A stretch of DNA of 10,171 nt from Trueperaceae bacterium (GCA_040905465.1 JBBDRK010000050.1:16527-26697), one strand, 5' to 3'. Positions 1 to 7,542 are shown, numbered from the stretch's first letter. Translations and numbers: made by a program. The notes: generated by a model from the sequence alone, not told the origin.

Positions 1-7
1 CGAAACC

Positions 8-325
8 ATGGAGATAGGCAAGGACCTGGTAGCCGCTTCCTCGACCCCAATCGTCCTGGCGATCCTTGCCGAAGAGGACAGCTACGGCTACGCCATACTC
101 AAGCGGGTTCGGGAGTTGTCCGGAGGGCGCATGGAGTGGACCGACGGCATGCTCTACCCTGTTCTGCATCGGCTCGAGCGTCTCGGCCACATCGAGGCGA
201 GGTGGGAAGTTGCGGAGAGCGGCCGCCGTCGCAAGTACTACCGGATCACGCCCCGCGGCCGGGCTCAGTACGCTGAGGAGCGCAGGCAGTGGCAAGCAGT
301 GGACGCCACGCTTCGGGCCATCTGA
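8..325 (+). CDS. PadR-family transcriptional regulator (short subfamily, 105 aa)
   Basis: Winged-HTH PadR signatures: SYGYAI, GMLYPVLHRLE, RRRKYYRITPRG, and a C-terminal helix with Trp95. The upstream RBS/promoter lies beyond the window edge. Confidence 0.95.
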   Translation: MEIGKDLVAASSTPIVLAILAEEDSYGYAILKRVRELSGGRMEWTDGMLYPVLHRLERLGHIEARWEVAESGRRRKYYRITPRGRAQYAEERRQWQAVDATLRAI

Positions 326-529
326 CCAGGCGCCGCTGCATCGACCTGAACCCAGTCGACCCCGATTCGGCAGTCACTGTGGAGCTTGAGCGACAAACTC
401 CGCGGGAAAGAGCCGTAAACTCGCCGAAGCCACAGGATCCTTCCTGTCACTTGGACAGCGATGATACTGAGCCACTGACCCCGTAAACGCCCGATTTCCA
501 ATCCAACCTTCGCTTTCCGAGGACATTTC

Positions 530-2032
530 ATGCCTACCGAAACAAGTGGCCGCAGCTCTCGATCTCGACTGTCGAGCCGTGACTGGCGCACTATCTTCAC
601 GCTGCTGATCGCCAGCTTCGTCGTGATTCTTAACGAAACGATCATGAACGTTGCGCTGCCCAGGTTGATGGTCGAACTGGGCGTAAGCGCCAATACGGTG
701 CAGTGGCTCTCGACCGGGTTCTTGCTGACGATGGCCGTCGTGATCCCAATGACAGGCTTTATCCTCCAGCGGCTGCGAACTCGCGTCGTCTTCGTCACGG
801 CGATGGGGCTGTTTTGCCTCGGCACGCTCATTGCCGGCATCGCCCCCGGCTTTCCGATGCTCCTGGCAGGTCGCATCGTTCAGGCGTCGGGAACCGCCAT
901 CATGCTGCCGCTACTGATGACCACCATCCTTGGGCTCGTCCCGCCCGAGCGGCGCGGAGCGATCATGGGCACGGTCAGCATCGTCATCTCGGTGGCGCCC
1001 GCCTTCGGACCGACCGTTTCCGGCCTCATCCTCGAGGCGCTGCCGTGGCGATTCATGTTCCTTCTCGTGCTACCGATTGCCCTCGTGGTCCTTGCGTTTG
1101 GGGCGCGACGGCTTGTGGATGTCGGCGAGGTGCGCCGGAGCTACATCGACGTCCCCTCGGTCGTCCTTTCGGCCTTGGGGTTCGGCGGGTTCGTCTACGG
1201 CGTCAGTCGGGCGGGCGAAGGACCGGGGGCCTGGAGTCATCCCGAAGTCCTGGTGGCCCTGGCTGTCGGCGTGCTGAGCCTCGTCTTCTTCGTGGGCAGA
1301 CAACTCGCCCTGCAACGAAGTGGCGTTCCGCTGCTGGACCTGAGGGTCTTCCGCTACCCGATGTTCACCTTGAGCGTCGGGCTCTTCATGATCGTCATGA
1401 TGGCGCTGTTCGGTTCGATGATTCTCCTGCCCATGTATCTGCAGAACGTCCGCGGTTTCGGATCGCTGCAGACGGGTTTGTTGCTGCTCCCCGGGGGCGC
1501 CTTGATGGGTCTGGCGGCTCCATTCGTGGGCCGCATCTTCGACCGTCACGGCCCAGTGGCTCTGACTGGCGTTGGCGCAGGGCTCCTCACGCTGGCCCTG
1601 TGGCGCCTCAGCACCATAACTGGGGGAACATCCGTCGGCATGCTGCTGGCTCTGCACCTCGTCCTGAGCTTGGGGCTGGCGCTGCTCTTTACCCCGCTGA
1701 TGACGACTGGACTAAACCCACTGCCCAGCCGCCTCTACTCGCACGGCAGCGCGACCATGAGCACACTGCAACAGGTTGCGGGGGCGGTCGGCACGGCTCT
1801 CCTGATCACCATCATGACGAACCGCGCCGCCAGCCTGGGCAACGCAGTCTCACCCCAACTGGCGCAGGCCGCCGGACTGCGTTCGGCGTTTGCGGTATCC
1901 GCTGCGTTCGCGCTGGTCGCAATGTTCCTGACTTTCTTCTTGCGTCGCACAATGCCCGACGAAGACGACGTCGGCTTGGCAACCGAGCCGACGGTCAGCG
2001 CCAACGCGGAGGCCGCCCTGACAGCGGACTGA
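530..2032 (+). CDS. MFS drug:H+ antiporter-2 (DHA2, EmrB/QacA; LmrB-like) efflux transporter, 500 aa
   Basis: Many hydrophobic segments, consistent with 14 TMS. DHA2 motifs LNETIMNVALP, QWLSTGFLL, GRIVQASG, APAFGPTVSG, PLLDLRVF and LQQVAGAVG. GAGGA RBS at 518-522. Confidence 0.95.
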   Translation: MPTETSGRSSRSRLSSRDWRTIFTLLIASFVVILNETIMNVALPRLMVELGVSANTVQWLSTGFLLTMAVVIPMTGFILQRLRTRVVFVTAMGLFCLGTLIAGIAPGFPMLLAGRIVQASGTAIMLPLLMTTILGLVPPERRGAIMGTVSIVISVAPAFGPTVSGLILEALPWRFMFLLVLPIALVVLAFGARRLVDVGEVRRSYIDVPSVVLSALGFGGFVYGVSRAGEGPGAWSHPEVLVALAVGVLSLVFFVGRQLALQRSGVPLLDLRVFRYPMFTLSVGLFMIVMMALFGSMILLPMYLQNVRGFGSLQTGLLLLPGGALMGLAAPFVGRIFDRHGPVALTGVGAGLLTLALWRLSTITGGTSVGMLLALHLVLSLGLALLFTPLMTTGLNPLPSRLYSHGSATMSTLQQVAGAVGTALLITIMTNRAASLGNAVSPQLAQAAGLRSAFAVSAAFALVAMFLTFFLRRTMPDEDDVGLATEPTVSANAEAALTAD

Positions 2033-2113
2033 GCACGTCCCAGTCCAGTGACTAGCGGGGCGCCAGGGGAGGTATCCAGGGCGTCGCAGCCGGTCGGATG
2101 CACGCAAACGAGT

Positions 2114-2596
2114 TCATTCAGGGTCAGCTATCGAGAGTCTCGCCACCACTTCGTCCTCAGCTCTCTCGCCGGTCTCTGTAAAGCCGATGTCCGCATAGAG
2201 CCGTTTGGCGGTGAGATTGGTCGGCTCATAGGAGAGCGCGAACTGCTGGAATCCGTGCTCATCGGCGAGCTTGGAGAGGACCATTCGCACCATGTTTCGG
2301 CCATGGCCCCGACCCTGGAATGCTCGGTCTACGAGGACTCCGCCCAACCAGCAACTTCCGTCGTCCGGATCGACGGCCCACATCAGAAAACCGATAACCC
2401 TGTCCCCCAGGTTCAGGGCAAGCGGTTGCCATCCTGTCGGGTCGTAGCAACACAGAGCGAGGTAGTAAGTCGACGTGGTGATGAAGTCTCGTTGTGCTTC
2501 GGTTACCGTCAGCTTCGCGATATCGCGCCAGTTCTCGCTATTGACCGGTTGCAGTGATAAAGCAGCCGTTGACGACGTCGAGGCACTCTGATTCAT
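2114..2596 (-). CDS. GNAT-family N-acetyltransferase (BltD/SpeG-like diamine acetyltransferase group)
   Basis: Acetyl-CoA motif LVDRAFQGRGHG, NxxAxxLY motif (NLTAKRLYADIGF) and N-terminal VNSENWRDIAKL. The start is trimmed from ORF 2114..2911 to ATG 2596 (alternative ATG 2608) because the extension overlaps the phosphotransferase gene. Confidence 0.88.
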   Translation of the reverse strand: MNQSASTSSTAALSLQPVNSENWRDIAKLTVTEAQRDFITTSTYYLALCCYDPTGWQPLALNLGDRVIGFLMWAVDPDDGSCWLGGVLVDRAFQGRGHGRNMVRMVLSKLADEHGFQQFALSYEPTNLTAKRLYADIGFTETGERAEDEVVARLSIADPE

Positions 2597-2639
2597 GAGA
2601 GGCAGCATACGTTCCGTGCTGGCCACGAGGGGCCCGACT

Positions 2640-3437
2640 CTAATTCCGCCACACCGCTCTTCCGGACATGAAGTCGCCTGCCAACCGTCTGGCGTGATCA
2701 GGCTCGACCCGCCATGACGCCGCCACCTCCCAGGCCAACAGCGCCCGAATGGCCCGAGTGCGTCGAGGTCCGGTTGCTCGGCTCCCTTCGAACGGCAACG
2801 CCGCATCATCGAGCAGCGAAACGTCAACTCTCGCCTCGTCCCAGTCCAGTAGAGCCAAGCGGCTGTCAGGCATAACCAGCAGATTGGAGAGGCCCGGGTC
2901 CCCATGCACAACCGAAGGTTCCTCAGCTGAAAACTCCTGCCAGGCCGCCCGAACTGCCTCCAGCAACCCTGGCGGCATCAGCGACAGATCGACATCACCA
3001 CCACGCTCGACGGCGAGCAGCTCCACCGACGATGCAAAGCCCGGCCGCTGCGCCCAACGGCGAGTCAATCGATGGAACGCGTGAAGACGAGACCGCAACC
3101 TCCTGAGCTCAGCGCGCACGAACGGCGTTCCCTCGATCCAGGTCTCTACCGTCACACCCCCAACGAGTAGCTCCCCCTCATTGCTGGGAACGAAGCGAGG
3201 CACGACGAAGCCGACCTCCCTCGCCAACTCCTGGACGGGCTCCAGCCAGGCGATGGCCTCGCGGCTGCGCCGACTGCTCTTGGCCACCAGCCGCTCGCCG
3301 TCTCGCTCAACCAGAAAGACCGTATTCCGGTGTCCCTCGGCAAGCCTCCTGACGATCCGACACCCCTCCCACTCCCGCAAGGTTCGTTCAAGATGATCGC
3401 GCGAACACATTGACCGCAGTTTAGGCGACGCCTTCAC
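2640..3437 (-). CDS. Aminoglycoside phosphotransferase / choline kinase (APH) family protein
   Basis: Kinase-like motifs: LAEGHRNTVFLV loop, VAK lysine, Brenner motif HGDPGLSN and metal-binding LLDWDE. Start uncertain (GTG 3437 or ATG 3410). Confidence 0.88.
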   Translation of the reverse strand: MKASPKLRSMCSRDHLERTLREWEGCRIVRRLAEGHRNTVFLVERDGERLVAKSSRRSREAIAWLEPVQELAREVGFVVPRFVPSNEGELLVGGVTVETWIEGTPFVRAELRRLRSRLHAFHRLTRRWAQRPGFASSVELLAVERGGDVDLSLMPPGLLEAVRAAWQEFSAEEPSVVHGDPGLSNLLVMPDSRLALLDWDEARVDVSLLDDAALPFEGSRATGPRRTRAIRALLAWEVAASWRVEPDHARRLAGDFMSGRAVWRN

Positions 3438-3682
3438 GCTCGTGTCGGCCAGGGTCGGCCGACCACGTCGTAAAACTCATCCGTCTCAGGGACGTCAATA
3501 CAACGAGGTTTCGGCAATTCGCATTCGCGAGTTGCCGCGTAGCCTAAATGGCCGCGTCATCCCGCATTTTGCCGGACAGCCGCATTAGAGCAGGTTCGAT
3601 TGGACCGAAGCCACAGCGTCGGTTAAATCGAGACAGCGCTGGGAGCCGTAGGGAAGTTATGTGGGCAATCTTGGCAACCGAC

Positions 3683-3691
3683 TGGTAAAGT
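3683..3691 (+). promoter_or_regulatory. Possible extended -10 promoter element (TGgTAAAGT) for the VOC gene
   Basis: TGn plus a TAnnnT hexamer ending 28 nt before the ATG. No convincing -35 element. Embedded in an inverted repeat at 3674-3700. Confidence 0.35.
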
Positions 3692-3719
3692 CGATGTTGC
3701 GCTAAGGACGGAGAAAACA

Positions 3720-4103
3720 ATGCTCGGTGAAACCCCGCTGATCGCCTTCGTCTGTGCAACTGACGCCGATCGCGTCAAGAACTTCTATGTCGAAGTTCTC
3801 GGCTTGCAACTGATTGCCGAGGAACCACCCTTTGCCCTCGTTTTAGACTCAAATGGCGTCATGGTACGAGTTTCCCTGCTGCGAGAGTTTCAGCCGGCGC
3901 CGTTCACCGTCCTGGGCTGGGAGGTAGATGACATAGCGGCAAAGGTACAAGTACTGGCTGCAAAGGGAGTCCGTTTTACTCGATACCCACACTTCGAACA
4001 AGATGCGCACGGAGTGTGGACGAGCCCCGACGGGACAAAGGTAGCGTGGTTCAAGGACCGCGACGAAAACACGCTGTCTCTAACCGAGTTCCCTTCAGCC
4101 TGA
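3720..4103 (+). CDS. VOC-family (glyoxalase/bleomycin-resistance/dioxygenase) protein, 127 aa
   Basis: Pattern D..RVKNFYVEVLGL, VDDIAAKVQVLAAKGVRF, VAWFKDRDENTLSLTE. GGAGA RBS at 3710-3714. Confidence 0.93.
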   Translation: MLGETPLIAFVCATDADRVKNFYVEVLGLQLIAEEPPFALVLDSNGVMVRVSLLREFQPAPFTVLGWEVDDIAAKVQVLAAKGVRFTRYPHFEQDAHGVWTSPDGTKVAWFKDRDENTLSLTEFPSA

Positions 4104-4150
4104 CTCTACAGAACAAGGTTTTTCCCCGATGCAGCAGTCGATTGGCCGTG

Positions 4151-4180
4151 CCGACGCGCTTCACCCGGTGACCGCGTCGG
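4151..4180. terminator. GC-rich hairpin between convergent VOC and amidohydrolase genes (possible terminator or 3' stabiliser)
   Basis: CCGACGCG (4151-4158) pairs with CGCGTCGG (4173-4180), with an inner TCAC/GTGA stem. It starts 2 nt after the amidohydrolase stop. No U-tract on either strand. Confidence 0.5.
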
Positions 4181-4182
4181 TC

Positions 4183-5355
4183 TCAGGCACAGTTGGCGAG
4201 TACAGCGGCGCAAAACAGCTTTCCGCCTACTGTCATCGCGCGCTCGTCTACATTGAACCGGGGGTGATGGTGCGGGTAGTTCATCCCCAGGTCCTCGTTT
4301 CCGCCCCCTACGAAAAAGAAGCTACCCGGCACCTTCTGAAGATAGTAGGCGAAGTCTTCGCCACCCATCGAGGGTTCGATCTGGACAGCTCCTGCGTGGC
4401 CAACTATGTTCTCCGCCAGCCGGGCGATCTCCTCAGTTTCTGCAGGGTGGTTCCACACTGCTGGATAGCCTCGTTCGTAGCTCACCTCGGCGGTTGCGCC
4501 CATTGCCTCGCATACTCCCCGCGCGATCCTTCCGAACGCCTCCTCGATCTCCCGACGGACACTCTCATCGAAGGTCCTGACCGTCCCGGTAAGTTCCGCC
4601 GTGTCTGGGATTATGTTGAAGGCACTTCCCGCGTTTATTGTGGCGATAGTAAGCACCGCTGGTTTCAGTGGGTCGATGCCTCGGCTGATGACGTGTTGAA
4701 GCCCGGTGACAACCTGGCATGCTATTGCGACTGGGTCGACGCACAGGTGTGGCTTGGCGCCGTGGCCACCCCGACCTCGGATCTTTACTTTCACACGGTC
4801 GGAAGCAGCCATCGTATCGCCTACCCTCGTACCTATCGTCCCATAAGGCAGCGTGGACCATACGTGCGCACCGAAGATGACGTCTACGCCGTCGAGACAG
4901 CCATCCTCGATCATGTACTTGGCGCCGCCGGGGGCAAGTTCCTCGGCAAATTGATGAATGAATACGACCCTGCCGGAAAGTTGCTCGCGCTCCTCGCTGA
5001 GAGCTCGCGCAACACCGAGAAGAGTCGCCGTGTGGACATCGTGTCCGCACGCATGCATAACGCCAGGAACACGAGAAGCGTACGATAAGTCGTTCTCCTC
5101 CTGGATGGGGAGCGCGTCGAAATCGGCGCGAAGGGCGACTGTCCTTCCGGGAGTGTTCCCTTCCAGAACGCCAACGACCCCCCGTCCACCTACGCCGGTA
5201 CGAACCTTGATTCCAAGTGCCGCGAGATACTCGGCGATCTTCTGAGGAGTACGCTCCTCCTGGTACGAAAGTTCTGGGTGCATGTGAAAGTCCCGCCTCA
5301 GCTCGACCATCTCGGGATGGAGTTGCTCTATGCGGTTGTACAGAGTATCGAGCAT
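4183..5355 (-). CDS. M20D-family amidohydrolase (N-acyl-L-amino acid amidohydrolase / carboxypeptidase, AmaA/YhaA/HipO-like), 390 aa
   Basis: Intact motifs RRDFHMHPELS, LRADFDALPIQE, MHACGHD, HQFAEE, GGHGAKPH, GEDFAYY and HHHPRF. AGGAAGG RBS upstream. No signal peptide. Confidence 0.96.
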   Translation of the reverse strand: MLDTLYNRIEQLHPEMVELRRDFHMHPELSYQEERTPQKIAEYLAALGIKVRTGVGGRGVVGVLEGNTPGRTVALRADFDALPIQEENDLSYASRVPGVMHACGHDVHTATLLGVARALSEEREQLSGRVVFIHQFAEELAPGGAKYMIEDGCLDGVDVIFGAHVWSTLPYGTIGTRVGDTMAASDRVKVKIRGRGGHGAKPHLCVDPVAIACQVVTGLQHVISRGIDPLKPAVLTIATINAGSAFNIIPDTAELTGTVRTFDESVRREIEEAFGRIARGVCEAMGATAEVSYERGYPAVWNHPAETEEIARLAENIVGHAGAVQIEPSMGGEDFAYYLQKVPGSFFFVGGGNEDLGMNYPHHHPRFNVDERAMTVGGKLFCAAVLANCA

Positions 5356-5415
5356 TTTTGATCGCCTTCCTGGCAGTTGGAGCGCTGGAAAGTGGGCATC
5401 CTCAATTGCGTTGTC

Positions 5416-6498
5416 TTACTCCAACTCGACGATTGCAGCACCGTCGACATGTCGAAGGCGTGTACCGAATGGCTGCGATAGATTGTCGAGTGAGTCCAGG
5501 ATTCGCCTGCCATAGCCGTGCAAGGGAATAAGCGGAAAATCGAGGAAGTTTGCAGTCTTCGCTTCGCTGGAGTCTTCGTCTTCGTGACCAAGGCATATCG
5601 GCGTGAGCTTTAGACCAGCTAGCTTCCCGCCCGTCCACTCGGCCTCTGCGACGACGCTTTGCCAGGGCCTGAGGCCAAACTCGTCCTTCCAGTGCTTGGC
5701 AAGAGAAGTCTGGAACAGGAAGTTACCCAGTCCGTAGAAAATAGGCTGCCCCTTGTATATTTCGATCGCATGCAGGGCAGGTGCGCCGTGACCAACGAAC
5801 ATGTGGGCACCTGCATCGATGCACCGATGGGCGAAATCGACCATCCACCGAGGCGTTTTCCACTTGACCTCCTCCCAATGATGGTTGTGTACATACACCA
5901 GCACGAGATCGGCCTCCTGCCCGGCGGTCCGAATCGAACGAACGACAGCTTCGACGTCCTCACTTTCGGGCTCGAGCCCGTGTTCACTCTCGTTGATCCT
6001 GAGACCATTGATTCCCGGCTGTGCGGATCCGGTAGCTGACTCGTTCTTGGCGTATACGTCGGCCGGTTGGGGCCCACAATCCATGGCCAAGACCCCGAGT
6101 GTGCTCGCACTCGAACGGTGAAACCCTGGAGCGGCAGCAGTGGAGAGATCCAAGCCGGCCCCCGCGAACGCAAACCCACGTTTAGCAACCTCCTCGAGCG
6201 TTGATTGCACACCGTCCGGACCGAGGTCGAACATGTGATTATTGCTGAGAGACAGCGTATCGAAGCCAACCTCTTTCAGACTGTCCAGGACTTCTGGAGC
6301 AGCCGTGGTGAGGAATTTTTCCTTCGTAGGCTCTCCGCCGCGGCTCCCTGCGATCGTTACCTCGAGATTGGTAAAGGCATGGTCCCCTTGTCGCACCAGC
6401 TCAATTATCCGTCTGAAACCCGGGTGCGACGTTCCCTGTATGTCACGCTTAATTAGCGACTGCCCACCTATTACTACACGTGTCGACTCTTGTCTCAC
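5416..6498 (-). CDS. CapA / PGA_cap-family metallophosphoesterase-fold protein, cytoplasmic, atypical motifs, 360 aa
   Basis: NLE (44-46), LSNNHMFDLG (NNH 86-88), FAGAG, HNHHW (204-208) and GHGAP..IEIYKGQPIFYGLGNF. GTG start preceded by AGGAGG. No N-terminal hydrophobic segment. Confidence 0.9.
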   Translation of the reverse strand: MRQESTRVVIGGQSLIKRDIQGTSHPGFRRIIELVRQGDHAFTNLEVTIAGSRGGEPTKEKFLTTAAPEVLDSLKEVGFDTLSLSNNHMFDLGPDGVQSTLEEVAKRGFAFAGAGLDLSTAAAPGFHRSSASTLGVLAMDCGPQPADVYAKNESATGSAQPGINGLRINESEHGLEPESEDVEAVVRSIRTAGQEADLVLVYVHNHHWEEVKWKTPRWMVDFAHRCIDAGAHMFVGHGAPALHAIEIYKGQPIFYGLGNFLFQTSLAKHWKDEFGLRPWQSVVAEAEWTGGKLAGLKLTPICLGHEDEDSSEAKTANFLDFPLIPLHGYGRRILDSLDNLSQPFGTRLRHVDGAAIVELE

Positions 6499-6600
6499 CT
6501 TGTTCCTCCTGTTTCTTTTGCGTCAGTTTCCGTGTACGTTTACTCGATTGTTTCTGCCCTACTCGACCAGTGGCACGAGTTGCTTCGCCTGATCCAGCGC

Positions 6601-7512
6601 CTAGTCCCGTCCTAGCTTCGGATCGAGAAGATCCCTGAGGGCGTCGCCAAAGAGGTTGACGCCGAGTACCGTGACCACGATGAATAACCCGGGGAATACG
6701 GATAGGTGAACTGCCGTATGGATGAAGCGCTGACCGGTGTTCAGCATTCCACCCCAAGTAGGCTGTGGTGGGGGGACTCCGAGTCCCAAGTAACCCAAGC
6801 TTGCTTCCGCGATAATCATGGTCGCCAAACTGAGCGTCGCCATGACGATTACGGAGGACGCGACGTTCGGAAGTACGTGCCGCATGAGAATACGAGGTGC
6901 TGCCGCGCCGCTGGCACGTGCCGCAACTACGTATTCACGCTCGCGAACCGACAGAACCTGTCCCCGAACCACCCGAGCAAAGTTGACCCATTCCGTGATT
7001 CCAAGGGCAAGAATCACGTTCCAGGTGCTTGCCCCGAGTACTGCCACCAGAGCTATCGCCAGTACTATGCCTGGTATTGCCAAGAACACGTCCGCAATGC
7101 GCATTAGGACATCATCGAGGGTACCGCCAAAGTACCCGGACACCGCTCCTATAACTACGCCGAGCAGCATGGCGACAGCGACCGACAATCCGCCGACAGT
7201 GAGTGAGGTTCGGGCGCCGTAAATTATTCGGCTCAGTACGTCTCGCCCTAGCTCGTCAGTTCCTAACCAGTGCTCGGGGCTGGGGGGGCTAAGCCGGTTT
7301 GCAATGTCCTGGCGAGTGTGATCGTACGGGGAGACCTGCGGGGCAAGCAAGGCCACAACCACCAGAAGGATTACTATCGCTCCTCCCGCTAGCGCTCGCT
7401 TGTTGGTAAGAAGGCTCTTCCAGAGTTCTCGTGTGGGGGAGTACCGACGCGAGTCGCGGCCGTCAACGGCAGCTTCTCCCTGTTGGCCATCGGCCAGCCT
7501 ATTCTCAGTCAT
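6601..7512 (-). CDS. ABC transporter permease, DppC/OppC type
   Basis: HWLGTDELGRDVLSRIIYGARTSL, EAA loop EYVVAARASGA, RHVLPN, EASLGYLGLG and GDALRDLLDP. Confidence 0.97.
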   Translation of the reverse strand: MTENRLADGQQGEAAVDGRDSRRYSPTRELWKSLLTNKRALAGGAIVILLVVVALLAPQVSPYDHTRQDIANRLSPPSPEHWLGTDELGRDVLSRIIYGARTSLTVGGLSVAVAMLLGVVIGAVSGYFGGTLDDVLMRIADVFLAIPGIVLAIALVAVLGASTWNVILALGITEWVNFARVVRGQVLSVREREYVVAARASGAAAPRILMRHVLPNVASSVIVMATLSLATMIIAEASLGYLGLGVPPPQPTWGGMLNTGQRFIHTAVHLSVFPGLFIVVTVLGVNLFGDALRDLLDPKLGRD

Positions 7513-7542
7513 TCGCGTTTTGTCCCGCCCCTGCCAAGCCGC

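Noticed and set aside
392..480. Resemblance to glycine (GGAAAG...GCCGAAG) or c-di-GMP-I riboswitch in the MFS leader
   Set aside because: Lacks the glycine aptamer CTCAGG core and a proper GNRA-capped GEMM stem; kept only as an unclassified shared motif.
703..2055. 450-aa alternative-frame ORF overlapping the MFS gene
   Set aside because: Arg/Gly/Pro/His-rich with no motifs; typical off-frame ORF of a high-GC gene encoding a hydrophobic protein.
2048..2557. 169-aa + strand ORF opposite the GNAT gene
   Set aside because: Antisense shadow; the minus-strand frame carries clear GNAT motifs.
2609..2911. N-terminal extension of the GNAT ORF (possible overlap or APH-GNAT frameshift fusion)
   Set aside because: The extension overlaps the APH catalytic region in another frame and looks non-protein-like; both genes are complete separately and no slippery site was seen.
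2640..3437. Bona fide aminoglycoside resistance gene (named aph allele)
   Set aside because: Only superfamily-level motifs are visible; the substrate cannot be inferred from them.
3541..3600. Twister-ribozyme-like look (GCCTAAATG...CATTAGAGCAGGT)
   Set aside because: The conserved loop and both pseudoknot pairings could not be built.
4129..5088. 319-aa antisense ORF over the amidohydrolase
   Set aside because: Codon-aligned antisense shadow of a well-supported gene; no recognisable domain.
5416..6498. Poly-gamma-glutamate capsule biosynthesis locus
   Set aside because: No capB/capC/capD in the window, no membrane anchor, and the context is an importer plus a hydrolase.
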